Part shown: positions 39,810 to 53,445 of the stretch, one piece after another
How positions within the stretch are numbered: the first letter of the stretch is position 1
Layout: every line of letters begins with the position of its first letter
Assembly: GCA_951406725.2 (NCBI GenBank)
Contig: OX597820.1
Coordinates: 24,862,001-24,926,000, forward strand
DNA from: Octopus vulgaris
Taxonomy: Eukaryota
DNA: 64,000 nt
Direction of reading: 5' to 3'
The notes under the pieces: generated by a model
Databases searched by the model: none
What the model was told of the DNA's origin: nothing
The model's input: only the letters and a program-made list of their open reading frames with translations
Made by a program: the position numbers and the translations under genes

Positions 39810-40067
39810 GGAGATGTACTCGCATAGCAAGTAATTTGATCTGAGATCGTGTGCTGAAACGAAAACAATTGCAGCGTGGAAGGTGTTTATAAGCCATTTA
39901 AGAAACACACAAAAGCCGTTCGATTCACTTCAACATTTAAGTTTAATTTGTCATTAATTTGTCATTTAATTTGTCATGACAAATTAAACTTAAATGTTGA
40001 AGTGAATCGAACGGCTTTTGTGTGTTTCTTAAATGGCTTATAAACACCTTCCACGCTGCAATTGTTT
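39809..40067. mobile_element. Fold-back copy of the 19527-19670 element inserted in (TA)n, with perfect 91-bp arms
   Basis: 39863-39953 is the exact reverse complement of 39977-40067. The spacer is two extra copies of (t)ttaatttgtca. Confidence 0.92.
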
Positions 40068-40297
40068 ATATATATATATATAGATGGGATCATGGGTGTG
40101 TAGGCGCAGGCATGGCCCCGTGGTTAAGAAGCTTGCCTTGCGACCATGTGGTTTCTGTTTCTGTCTGACTGCATGCCACATTAAGTAAGTGTCGTCTACT
40201 TTAATCTCGGGCCGACCAATTTTTTGTGAGTGGACATGAAAGACGGAAACAATGCAAAAAGTAGTCGTTTTCAAGTACTGAATCAACCTGCTTTAAA

Positions 40298-40390
<93 letters not shown>

Positions 40391-40460
40391 GAATGACAAT
40401 CGGGAGTTCCAACAAAACCTGTGATAAAGAGAAATAATAAGAGTAATAATAATAAACATT

Positions 40461-40515
<55 letters not shown>

Positions 40516-40519
<4 letters not shown>

Positions 40520-40935
40520 TCCTTACTGGGAATGACAAAGTTTAAAAATCTGCTGGATCTCGCTCATAAGGGAATCTTACATAGCTTATAAAATCTCTAT
40601 TTGGTAGGGCTCATATTAAACTCTGTTGGACTTTTGGATTTTACTCAAAGAATATTGGAATATTGCATATATACCATTATGCCTATAAAACGGATTTATA
40701 ACTTCAATACCCATATATATCTCTCACATCTATTTTCTTTCCTCCACCTCACTCTCTATTTTGTATCAGATCTAAACTAACTATGACTTAACCATCCTCT
40801 CACACCGTCTCCAATGAAAGGATATTATTAATTGATATTCTAGAAACAGCCGTAAGACCTATCTATCTATAAATGCTCTAATATCTATACAGCCTTGGTT
40901 TTTTTTTATCTTATTACGCAAAAAATTCTTATATA
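40516..40935 (+). mobile_element. (TA)n-flanked element with an HHR-like motif (40807-40858)
   Basis: gtct-CCAATGA-aa-GGATAT-tattaattg-ATATTC-ta-GAAAC-agcc-GTA-agac: stem I gtct/agac, long stem II, GUA triplet, mutated core. Confidence 0.55.
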
Positions 40936-41821
40936 CACACGCTGACATAGAACCAACGTTGAACCCTTTATTCGCAATATTACCGAATCTGGAACTTAAC
41001 TATGGTCTGTCTGTAGCACTTATTCAGCATTACCTGACACCTTTGGGTCTCAATGACACCATTATCTCTTATATATATATATATATATATACATACATAT
41101 ATATATGTGTGTGTATTTGTGCGAGTGTGCATGTATTATGCGTTAAGTCCCATCATCACTGTTTCACAACTGGTGTTGGCTTGTTTAGGTTCCCATAAGT
41201 AAACAGTTTGGCAAAATACACTGATTTGCATTAGTACCAAACTTTAAAAAAATAAGAACTGTGGTCGAATTTTTTAACTGAACTCATCAATGTGGTTCCC
41301 CATCATAACCGAAATCCAATGACTGGAACATGCTAAAAAATAAAGACAAAAGATTCGCTGTAGAATTTATTTTTCCGAGGGTATAAAAGTAGGATCCATC
41401 AGACTTATATGTTTATCTTTTTACATGTTTATCATAAAATAGAAATCCTCTCCCTAATAAGACAGTAGTAATGTTTGATGTTTCACAATGTATGCAAAAT
41501 TAGGACTCGGTAAAAAAATATACACGTTTAGCTGTTTATAAGCAGAAAATAGGATTCAAAATAAAACCGATCACTCTAGTATTCCAGTTAACATAACGAT
41601 CAGTCACACCTTGTAAACTGTAGAAGCTACGAACCTTTCGATGGATAAAAGAATGGCGTTTTTCGCTAATGAAGTGATAACACTAGAAAATGTTGCATAC
41701 CTCTCAATTTTTGGGCTCATTGCCAGCGGAAATTTTGTTGTATGTCGACTATGTACACATTTGCTAAATTCCAGCTTAAATTTTTATATTGACAAACAGT
41801 GTCTCAGATTTCAAACTAGTT

Positions 41822-42000
<179 letters not shown>

Positions 42001-42042
42001 ATTAGAAGGTTTGGATGTGATGTACAGGTATTATATGTTAGG

Positions 42043-42293
42043 AGAAATAAAGTACTCAGAAATCGGGATGGTTGTACATTTACAGATTTTTATTAATATA
42101 TCACATGTTTTTTATAAATCATATATTAGCGCTTGCATTTACTCCAGTAAACTCTTCAGATTTTGTGTCAACTCTAGTAGAAGAGTCTACTAGAGTAGAT
42201 ACACGCGCTAATATATTATTTATAAAAACATGTGATATATTAATAAAAATCTGTAAATATAAAACCATCCAGATTTCTGAGTACTTTATTTCT
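42043..42293. repeat. About 115-bp diverged inverted repeat with a 22-bp loop, between microsatellites
   Basis: 42043-42157 pairs with 42180-42293. Confidence 0.92.
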
Positions 42294-42299
42294 TCGAAG

Positions 42300-42354
<55 letters not shown>

Positions 42355-42451
42355 CATACATACATACATACATACATACATACATACATACATACATACA
42401 TACATACATACATACATACATAGATGCATTCATCCATACATACATGCATAC

Positions 42452-42489
<38 letters not shown>

Positions 42490-44894
42490 ACAGACCACGT
42501 ATGTAAAAGCTAGTGAAGTAGACTTCACTGCCGTTGAATTAGAGAAGTATATTTAATATAGAATACAAGCCGTAGTATATCTACATCCAGTACTAGAAGT
42601 TTCCTGACAGTATCGGATATGACTTTATCCGATTAATAAACGCCGTTAGTCAGTTGTTATGTGTGCTTTTCCTGTAATAGACAGCTGACGAACAGTTGCT
42701 GTTACTTGAGTAAAATCAAATTCGATGCTCGAAGGCACTCCGAGTAGAGGATGTGAGCATTCCGTGCTCGTATTTTATATTACGTATGTATGCATGCATG
42801 TATCTATGTATGTATGTATGTATGTATGTATGTATGTATGTATGTATGTATGTATGTATGTATGTATGTATGTATGTATGTGTACGCACGCATACACGAT
42901 ATCAATGAGATAGTTTTAATTACTCTAATTAAAAATTTGTTGCGTTTAGCATTGTTCTAATAACTTCTTTTGACGTTTCATGTTAATAAAGGGAACTACA
43001 ATACAGTTACACGACCGGCTAGACATAACAGCTAATTTCCCACCAAATCACATCTACACGCACACAAACACACACACACACACACAGACAGACACACAAA
43101 CACACGCGGACTCTCTCTCTCTCTCTCTCACACTCACACACATGCACACATAGACACACACACACACACAGTTACATTCGATAATGTAGCCCTAAACACA
43201 AAGTTCCTTGTCATGACAAGAACACATTTGATCATAGTTACACTCAGTCAGGGCTGACCTTGAGCTAAACAGCAACAGCAACAACAGTAGCAGCAAAAAG
43301 AAGAAAAAAAAGAAGAAAAAAAACACATTTTTTCCGCATCCGCTCTCTTGTACCCTACTCAAGATTTTCCTATCTTGCAAACCAATTTCTCTCATTCTTT
43401 GATGTTTCGAATATTTTTTCTTTTTAATTTTTTGTTTTCTTTTTGCTTCTTATTTTTGTTTTGGTTTTTTTTTTCCTGAGGACAGAGGCTTCTTAATTCT
43501 GTTGATATATTTTTTGTTGTGTTTATTGGGTGAAGGGAGATAACTCTCATTGTTTCTCGTTTTACTTTACAACGCCACACCATTTTCTTTACTCTTTTCT
43601 CCATTACTTCTTACCACCTTTCTCTCTTGTTCTTTCACTCTTACCTGCCTTCTTTCTTTTTCCTTCCAATTCCTCACATTTCCTCACTTATTGATCTTCT
43701 TTTGTTCTCTCAAGCTTTTTTCTTTCATTCTTTCTCTTTTGTTCTTTTTGAATTGCTATTTCCCTAATGTTCGTTCTTTACTCCTTCTCTCAAATTTTTA
43801 CCTTCATTTTTTACTTCTCTCAATTATATTTATATATTTTCTATATTTTCTTAAATTCGTTTCCTTCCCTTCTTTCTTCAAGGTTAGTGAGAACCGGGGG
43901 GATGGTATTTCTGTAATTTTTTTCGCTTTCTACCTTTCTTTTATTCTTTCTTCCTTTCCTTCTTTTCCCTTTCTTTCTTTTTTTCTTTCTTTCTTTCTTC
44001 AAAGCGTCATGTGTACTTCTCACATTTTTCTTCTCTTTGAGGGTGCTGAGCTTGCAGAATCGTTAGATCGTTAAAAAAATTTTCCTTGCAGTATTTATCC
44101 CGACTCCGAACATTCTGATTTTTCCATCCCTTTATTTCACACTTCATTAAAAAATTTTTCTATATTCTCTTTCTTTTCTTTTATTCTGAGGGTTTTTAAT
44201 AATAATAATTGTCTTTTCTCTCCCTTTATTTTTCGTTCATTTTCTTTCCCCTTTCTTGTTTTCTTTGCTTCTTTAGGGGGTCATTCATTTTTATTTAATC
44301 TTTCTTCCATTTATTTCTGCATCAATGAGGGCATATGACTTAGTAGCTAAAAGGGTTAGGCTTACGATAGTAAGATTTCAGTTTCGATTACAGGACTGAT
44401 CAATACTTTGTCTTCTTGATAAAAGCACTTCATTTCATGTTCGCAAAAATAAATAATCCTGTGGCAGACTGGCGTCCCATCCAGCGGGGAGTATATAGGC
44501 CACGGAATCCGGGGAAACCGGCTTTAGGAGTCTGTATGTCTCAAGAAGAAGCTTTACTTCATTTCTTTCTTTACTTATTATATTTTTATTTTCCTGCATT
44601 CTCTTTCTTTCCTTCGTTCATTTTTGATGGAGGCTATTTCTCCATTTTTTTCTTCCTTCATTCCTTTATTTCTTCTGTCTCATTCTTTCTACAATTTTCA
44701 CTATTGCTTTTCCTTATTTTTTTTTATTCAGTCTTCAACTTACGGTTTCCTCCTTACTTTTTTCTTTCATTCCTTTCCTGCGAAAGGGGCGAGTCAGTGG
44801 GGGGTGGGGGGTCGTGATTTTTTTTTGCTCACATTCCTTTTATCTTTCTTCAATTATTTCCCTTTAAACCTCCTTTTTTTTCTTTTACCTTTAC

Positions 44895-45063
44895 TATGTA
44901 TATATACGTACATACATAATATTTATATACATATTCATATATATAGATATATGTGTGTGTGTGTGTATATATATATATGTATATATATATATATGTATAT
45001 ATGTATATATATATTCATATATTTATATATATAGTTATACATGCATGCATTTATATATGTATA

Positions 45064-45146
<83 letters not shown>

Positions 45147-45215
45147 ACATATATATATATATACATATATATATAAATATAAATATAAATAAATATATAT
45201 ATGTTTATATATATG

Positions 45216-45267
<52 letters not shown>

Positions 45268-45738
45268 GAATTTGATATTTCTTTGAATTTCTTCCTTTAT
45301 TCATTTCATTCTTTAATCAATTCTTTAGAATTCGTTTAATTTTGGGTTTCTTCTTTCCTGAAATTCTAGATTTCTTTCTTCCTTATAAATGTCCTCCACC
45401 TTCCTTATATTTACCTGCTCTAATTATAAAACTCCGCTTCGAAAGTTTTCAAAGCGAAGACAGCGACGCCTGGTGGAGATAGAAGTCGTGCATGCACATT
45501 TTTTTCTACTCTCTTTCCATCCCCCCCCACTTCTTTCTCCCCCTTCTTTTTTATCTGTCTCTGTCTCTATCTCTCAGTCATCCTATCTATTATATATCCT
45601 ATCTATCAGTCCCTCCTTTTCACTCCCCTGCCTTCTTTCTATCCTTCTCTTTTTATAATGTATATGTACATATATGTGTCTATTTACACATGTATTTCAT
45701 CAATATGTATGCATGCATGTATGTATATATATATATAC

Positions 45739-45812
<74 letters not shown>

Positions 45813-45842
45813 ACTAAGGCAGTGCTTCAGTATGATCACAGT

Positions 45843-45926
<84 letters not shown>

Positions 45927-46216
45927 TGTATATACATATATGTACAAACACATTTATATATATATGAATGCATGTATATATGTACGTACGTGCATATGAC
46001 TGTTCACTATATAAACATACACATGTATGTATACGTATACTTACATATATATATACATGTATGTATCTATATGATTATATTGTGTGTGCGTGTGTTTGTG
46101 AGTATGTATATGTATGTATGCATACGTACATATGCATGCATATTCATACACAAAATACATACCTGTCTACATATGTATCTATCTACTTGTCTACATGTGT
46201 CTATATACCTACTCAT

Positions 46217-46292
<76 letters not shown>

Positions 46293-46358
46293 TTGAATAT
46301 ATATGTATATATGTATACATAGATATGTATACATATATATAGAGAGAGATATATGTGT

Positions 46359-46397
<39 letters not shown>

Positions 46398-46468
46398 AGT
46401 CTCTCTATCAATATATCGGACAGTCTATCTATCTATCCATTTATCCATCTACTCACCATAATATCACA

Positions 46469-46510
<42 letters not shown>
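44895..46510. repeat. Extended (TA)n/(TATG)n/(TATC)n low-complexity field
   Basis: Direct inspection. Confidence 0.9.
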
Positions 46511-46511
<1 letters not shown>

Positions 46512-46789
46512 GCCTTAATTATTTCCTACGTGTGTTATACTGCTTTATCAGTAAATAACAAACACATAGGTTTATGTAATTTAATCACATTCATTGTTGT
46601 TATTGTTGTTATTATTATCTATATTTTTTGCATTGTTGATTTTTGTTTCTTTTATACTCTATAATGAATAAAGAAAGAAGGTTTTTTTTTTCCATTTCCC
46701 ATGTAAAACATTAAAAGAAAATTAATACTAATTTACATATGTTATATATTTTTTAGTACGAATATGTGTATACGTTTATCTACCTGAAG

Positions 46790-46821
<32 letters not shown>

Positions 46822-47142
46822 GTATTTATATATATATGTATATATATATGAATGGATGGGTGTTTGTTGGTACGTGTGTAATATATGCATGTAATTTTTT
46901 TCTGATATATTGACGTTCTTATTTTGCAGATTTCAAGTTGGTCATTATCAAGGAGACAATACTTCTTTTTCTTTCTTAAAACAGTTCCAGTGATTTCTGA
47001 ATATGCAAATGAGTTAGTGTGTATATATATGTACGTCCTTTTGCTAAATTTGTGAAGTTATCAGCACTTATGTTATAGATGTACATATATGCTTTGAGAC
47101 AAATATGTGTGATTGTTTCTTTTTTGTGTGTGTCTGTGTGTC

Positions 47143-47180
<38 letters not shown>

Positions 47181-47592
47181 TGTGTGTGTGTGTGTGTGTG
47201 TGTGAGTGTGTTTATTCGTACGTGTATACATACTATATGTACACTAGTGATTCTGTGTATATGTTCAGTTCAGGAAAGTTAAATGGAGATATTTTGAAAC
47301 GTTTTACAAATCGTCATGCTTCCTTAATCTATTGGATTTTGTGGATGCGTGTCACTTTACTTTGTATCGTCTTTGGAAACCCTACCATGACCAGGTTTTT
47401 ACAGAAGGGTACTACCACACAGCCCATGACACTTATATCAATACGCACAGACGAGACTCTCCAACACATACATGAAACAATTGTTACAGCATTAACACTA
47501 GTTACTCTACTAAAAGAAGTTATTCATTTCCTCATTTCGGTATTGATTATTTCCTTGTGCGTTACTTTCGTAGCTGCGACCTTGATATTCTA

Positions 47593-48158
47593 TAGGGTTC
47601 TCCGGAAAGTTCGTGCTGATTTATAGTAGCTTTTATTTCGACTTATTTTAGAACATGGTTGAGTCCATAAAATAGGATTTGACTACACCTCCATTTAGAG
47701 CACAGTTTAAGCTATCTTTTCGTGGAAGAAGGTTTATGTTCCTATAACCTGTGTTAATTATGTAACCCTTTAACTTGGAAGATAAGAAAGTTCATTTTCG
47801 GCATTTGATGCCTTAGGAACTAGACAAAAATTGCTGCATCTCGGCTGGGACGTGTTACCTCACCCTCTATATTCACCAGATATTGCTCCTTCGGATTTCC
47901 ACTTATTCAGGTCTCTGCAGAATAGTCTTAATGGTAAAATTTTCAATACCTTGTATGACGTAAAAAGATACCGTGATGAATTCTTTGCCATGAAAAAACC
48001 TCAGTTCTGAGAAGAGGGTATTTTCAGGTTAAAGGAAAGATGGAGATACATTGTGCAACAAAATGGTTCATATTTGGTTGATTAAAAATGTAATGGCAAG
48101 TATTTATTGACCTTTTTCTTTCCTTTAAAAATTGGCACGAACTTTCCAGACAACCCAA
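47593..48158 (+). mobile_element. Internally deleted mariner transposon with both TIRs and the transposase C-terminus (47819-48085)
   Basis: TA|tagggttctccggaaagttcgtgctgattt ... aaattggcacgaactttccagacaacccaa|TA. Translation TRQKLLHLGWDVLPHPLYSPDIAPSDFHLFRSLQNSL..GIFRLKERW. Confidence 0.93.
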
Positions 48159-48312
48159 TAAATTACCAATGAATTCTCATTAAGTAACAAGAAGCACATA
48201 AATCCGTGGAAAAACATATTACGATCACACTGGAAAATATATTTTTTCCTTCAAAGAAGTTCTATATCAGGCAACTACTTGAAACAACGTAGTATTTACT
48301 AAGATTGAAATG

Positions 48313-48588
48313 CTTCCAATATCACAGATCAGTTGATATTGCCGACGATAGATAAAGAATACTCTGTAACAGTGTTATAACAGTACAAAATAGAAGCAGC
48401 AGCATTAACAAACACGTAACGAATCAGCAATCTTTTAGAAACCAACAATCAATATTTCTAACACACTGTAAACTGTATCTGGACTTCGAAGTCTAGACTA
48501 CGAACTGCCGACTACGTCAGACCGCTACTATTTATATATAGTGATCCCGTCTATTCTCGTCAGTGGGTGTCGTACTCTCACCACAACA
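48313..48588 (-). repeat. Gypsy 3' LTR, with polypurine tract AGGGGAGA at 48589-48596 (minus)
   Basis: Homologous to 52536-52842; ends ...ctctcaccacaaca next to tctcccct. Confidence 0.88.
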
Positions 48589-49737
48589 TCTCCCCTGTTG
48601 AGATTTCGAGTTCCGAAGGAATAAAGAAATTTTATTTATCATTATTATTTTTTAATATCATTTTTCGCTTGGGCCTTATTTCCCGGTGTCCGGTCCGCTT
48701 CCATTTTCTTGTGCTGGTTCTACGGGAGTCTATTATTTTCGGTGCTGGGATATCGAATAAATTAAAAAATACTTCCATAGGAATTTCTCTGTGTCTCTTC
48801 TTTAGCTGATTTATGTGTCTCGTATGTTCCCAGAGTGGTTCTTTAATTGGATACATCATACTTCTTTTTTTTTTGTTACAAGGCCATCCTCCCAGCCTTC
48901 TTTACCATTTCTGTAAGGTTTTAAATGCACTTTATTTTCTACATCGAAATATTTCATTACATCTTTCGTATTTTCTTTACATTTTTTATTCTCTGGCAAT
49001 AACTTATCAAAAATCGATTTTATTCTTCTCGTGAACATCACTTCATGTGGGGGTTACTCTATATACCCTTAAGAATGTTGTTAGTGCTTCGTCGTTACTT
49101 AATCCGTTCCTAGTTTTTCTTAACGCTCTTTTGAACATGTCCGCGAATCTTTCTACCTCCCCATTTGATCTCGGGTGGTAGGGTGGAATGAAAATACACT
49201 TTATCGCATGCATTTTACAGATGTTCTTGAATTCATACCCTGAGAATTGCGATCCATTATCAGAAACTAATGTGTCTTAAACACCATATCACGCAAAGAA
49301 TTCATATAGGAAATTATAGTCGCCTTAGTGGTTGGTTTATTGCATCTGCATACCTCTGGCCACTTTGTACAGCTGTCTACCACGATTAGATAGTAAGCAC
49401 CGTTCAATGGTCCGGTATAGTCAATATGTAATCCAGCCCATGGGTTCTGAGTCTTCGGCTACGATTGATATTTTACCGGTGGGGCTTAGACTGCGAACGC
49501 ACAACCTCGACAAGTTCTTACCAAATTTTTGATATCCTGGTCCATAGTCGGCCTATAAACGTAGCTCCTCATCAGAGCTTTCATCCTCGAAATTCTTGGG
49601 TGTCTGCTGTGAAATTGCTGCAGTACAGTTTTTGTAATGTAGTCGGTACTGCAACTCTGCGCATACATCAGAATATCGTCGCATATTGAGAAACTACACG
49701 AATTTGTATTTTTTTATTCTGCTTATTTTTTAAAGCT

Positions 49738-49847
49738 TCTTTCATTTTTGTAATATATTCATCGCCCACAGATTTCATTTTTGTAATATATTCATCGCCC
49801 ACAGATTTCATTTTTGTAATATATTCATCGCCCACAGATTTCATTTT
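49738..49847 (-). repeat. 33-bp in-frame tandem triplication inside Gypsy pol
   Basis: tttcatttttgtaatatattcatcgcccacaga three times (KMKSVGDEYIT). Confidence 0.95.
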
Positions 49848-52520
49848 TATATCCTGTGCAGTCACAGGCAGTTCGTGGTTAACATTAGTCATAATACTTT
49901 TTTATTTCATTTTCTGCCTGCAGTGCAGTTGTCACGGGTTCCGTATTTTGGGGAATTAGTCTCGATAGACAGTCCGCATGACCAATTTTTTCGATGGAAT
50001 ATACAGCATTTTGAAATTGTAATTTAGTAACATTATACTCCAACGTTGTAGTCGGTTCGCTGTATGGGTAGGTAAGCCTTTCTTTGACCCACAAATTGAT
50101 AGCAATGGTCGACGATCTGTTTGTAACAGAAAACTTGCACCATGTAGAAACTTGTGACATTTTTTCACAGCAAAGATAATCGATAGGACTTCTTTTTCTA
50201 TCTGACTGTATTTTTTCTCTGCCGCTATCAGCGAGCACGAAACATGAATCACTGGTTTCATATTTCCATCTTTATACTTGTGTAGCAAAACAATGTTCAT
50301 TTCAGAATCGAAATACGCTTGAGACAAATCTGCGATTAGAATTTTTTTTTGTTGCTTCAAAGGCATTTTGGCATTTAACAACCAATTCCACATTACTTCC
50401 TTTTTTTAATAAGTCATTCAATGGAGCTCTTAATTTGTGCAGGTTAGGAATGTAGTTTTGGTAGTAGTTTGCCGGCCCAAGAAACGATTATAATGTTGGT
50501 ATATTTATCGGAGCAGGCTTATTTTTTATTGCGCCTGCCCTCGACGAGTCAGGCCGTCTACCATTTTTATCAATTATTTGCCCTAAGTACCTAATTTGAG
50601 GCAAAAAGAATTCTTACTTTTCTTCACTCAAAGTGAACCCGAACTCTAATTTTCTTGAACACAGCTTATGCTCCACATATGCTCCACATATTGTTCACGT
50701 GAATTACTTTTAATCAATATATCGTCCAAATAAAAGATTGCAAATTCACTATCAGATAACATAGCATCCATGATTTGTTGAAATATTGCCGGCGCAACCT
50801 TTAATCTAAAAGGTAACCGGGTATATCTGTACAATGCTCTACGTGTGTTTATTGTCAGATACTTTGAGTATTTGGCATTTGCTTTATTCTGTAAATAAGC
50901 GTCAGACAGATCCAATTTGTAGAACATTTTTCCACCATTTAAATTTTGCGAAAATGTCCTCTGGAGTCGGGAGTGGATGGTGGCATGTCTTTAAGCAGTC
51001 TTTCAGTTCTGTAGAGAAATCGGCACGCAGCCTAATGTTATTATTTTTCTTTTTACTGCACACCGTAGGCGCCGCTCATTTAGAGTAACCCACCTTTTTG
51101 ATAATTCCACCCTTTTCCAGTCTGTCCAACTTTCCATTTAGGTACATCGTTTTCACTTACTTGAAAGCAGGCTATAGTCTTTTTACATAGATCTCAGTCC
51201 TCCGATAGTACTTGAGAAAACATCTTTTTCAATTTTCTCTTCAATTCCTCAGACGATTTATTTTTAACGAGACAATCATTTATGTTTTTGAAGTAGAGTT
51301 ATAAGTCATATAACTCCAACCAATCTGAACAAAACAGATTGATTGTTTTCTCCACTATGAATATTTTTGCTTCGCGTGTTTCTCCTGGAAATGTGACAGA
51401 CGTCACATTTCGCCCATGAAATGTAATTTATCACCCGTCACGCCGTGCACAATTTTCGCTGTTTCCCGATTTTTTCCGTGTATTCGCATTTATGATTGAA
51501 ATATCACTACCCGTATCCAACTGTAGTTTACACCATTTATTTTTACGTGTACGAATTTTCTCGTCTTTGTGTCGCATTCACTTTTTGCTGAAACCCCTTA
51601 GAACTTTTTGCTTTCGATCCTCGTAATCTTGTCCTGCAGTGTGAGCTCTTGTTACCAAGTTTCTGACAACTATAGAATTTTCGGTTTTTAAACGGACAGT
51701 CTTTTCTGAAGTGTAGGCCTCCACATCCGTAACATGGATTGGGGCCTGACACTATTTTTTGGTGTACTTTCCGGGTCGACACATCTGTATTTTTGCAGAA
51801 TCTTTCTCTTGAATTTTTCTTCACGTCCTACTTCAGGTTTATCATTGTTTTAAGTCTTGGTTTGCTTGCTCCATTTTTGAGAGAATATTTGTCCGAATTT
51901 TTCTATCTTCTGTTGCCGTAAGGTATTGTACGACGATAAGGGATTTAAACATATCCTGAATGAGTTCCTGAAGTTTAAAGTTTTCACACATACAGTTGAC
52001 TACAAGTTAGGTTCTAACACTTCATTCGAATGTTAAATAACAAACTTTTATCACAAAAGATCATTGAGAGAAATTCAATAGTTTCTTGGAAACAAATCTC
52101 ACTCGACTTTTTGGGCAAAATAAAGTTATAGTAGCGTTCATGCTCAGCCGGAGCTACCTTGCGTAGTAATAGCCTCACTTTCCCTTTATCCGACCATTAC
52201 TTGCAATCTGTGTTAAAACTTTCCTCGTACCTTCTATAGTACGCAGGAGACGTAATACTCTCCTCCGGATTATAAGTAGTTTCAGAAATTGAGTTCGCCA
52301 CACCGTCTGGCGTAAACGAAGTTACAAAATTTTCAGATTTCCTTGATTGTAACTCATTTAACTGTCGTTGTTGTTGTTGTTATAATATTTGTTTCTGCAA
52401 ATCCTGTAGTTGTTCCTGTTGCTTCTCTTGAAGCTGTATTACTGTAGCTAATAGGTTCTCCATAATTTATCAACTTGTATGATGCACAAATTGTAAAATA
52501 ATCTACGTGAGCTTCGAAAA

Positions 52521-52533
52521 ACCCTCGTCGCCA
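52521..52533 (-). promoter_or_regulatory. Primer-binding site TGGCGACGAGGGT
   Basis: Lies 2 nt inside the 5' LTR boundary and is complementary to a ...CCTCGTCGCCA tRNA 3' end (tRNA-Ser(GCU)-like, from recall). Confidence 0.85.
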
Positions 52534-52535
52534 GA

Positions 52536-52842
52536 TGTTATATCTTTACGCCACCAATATCGCAGTGCGGTTGATATTGTCGACAATAGATGAAGAATAC
52601 TCCGTAACAGTGTTATAACAATACAAACAATACAAAATACTCTGTAACAGTGTTATAACAATACAAAATAGAAACAGCGACTGTAATAAACACGCAACGA
52701 ACCAACACACTAACTGGAACTGTAATCTGTAACTGGACTTTGAAGACCAAACTACGAACTGCCGACTACGTCAGAATGCTACTAATTATATGTAGTGATC
52801 TCGTCTATTCTCGTCAGGTGATGCCGTACTCTCACCACCACA
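52536..52842 (-). repeat. Gypsy 5' LTR (TG...CA)
   Basis: tgttatatc...ctctcaccaccaca, with an internal duplication of aatact.cgtaacagtgttataacaatacaaa. Confidence 0.9.
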
Positions 52843-53120
52843 AAATGGAAAGCGCTTTTCTACAAGAAAGACATATCTGCTTCTTCTTCAGATGACAGTG
52901 TTGGTTTTATATTTTGCAACGGTTCTCCATGTATCAAAAACTAAATAGATTTCAAAGATCACCTAATTACATTTGTCAAAAATATTTGGCTTAATCATGG
53001 ATCCAGTAATATCCATTTAAATTTTTTGAACCCTTCAGAAACTTCTCAAATATAGTCATTAAGCTGATAAGACTAATACTGTATATGGACTAAATAAACG
53101 CACATTCAACGAATTGCAAA

Positions 53121-53445
53121 TAGGAGCACTCCGTCGCTTACGACGACGAGGGTCCCAGCTGATACGATCAACGGAACAGCCTGCTCGTGAAATTAACGTG
53201 CAAGTGACTGAGCAATCCACAGACACGCGTACCCCTAACGTAGTTCTCAGGGAGATTCAGCGTGACACAAAGTGTGACAAGGCCGGCCCTTTGAAATACA
53301 GGTACAACTCGTTTTTGCCAGCTGAGTGAACTGGAGCAACGTGAAATAAAGTGTCTTGCTCAAGGAATCAACGCGTCGCCGGGAATTGAACTCACGACCT
53401 TACAATCATGAGCCGAATGCCCTAACCACTAAGTCACGCGCCTTC
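53121..53445 (-). mobile_element. tRNA-derived SINE (family-C head) inserted in the Penelope RT
   Basis: Minus strand: ggcgcgtgacttagtggttaggg...gagttcaattccc...ccttgagcaagacactttatttcacgttgctccagttcactcag. Confidence 0.88.

Larger units (their letters stand above)
48313..52842 (-). mobile_element. Full-structure but decayed Ty3/Gypsy (Mag-like) LTR retrotransposon
   Basis: Gag from ATG 52463 with CYGCGGLHFRKDC knuckle. Protease LQLDTGSDIS (about 51500), RT KLDLSDAYLQ/RLPF.LK.APAIFQ/YLDDILI, RNase H YSQIEKE..TD.RPL, integrase H.RHP..RMKALMRSYVY.P..C..C. Domain order PR-RT-RH-IN, many frameshifts. Confidence 0.95.

Noticed and set aside
43550-45034. Phe/Leu/Ser-rich ORFs
   Set aside because: Pyrimidine-rich low-complexity sequence with no coding signal.
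47105-47626. 173-aa ORF with hydrophobic segments
   Set aside because: It starts in (TG)n and ends in the mariner TIR, with no recognisable domain.
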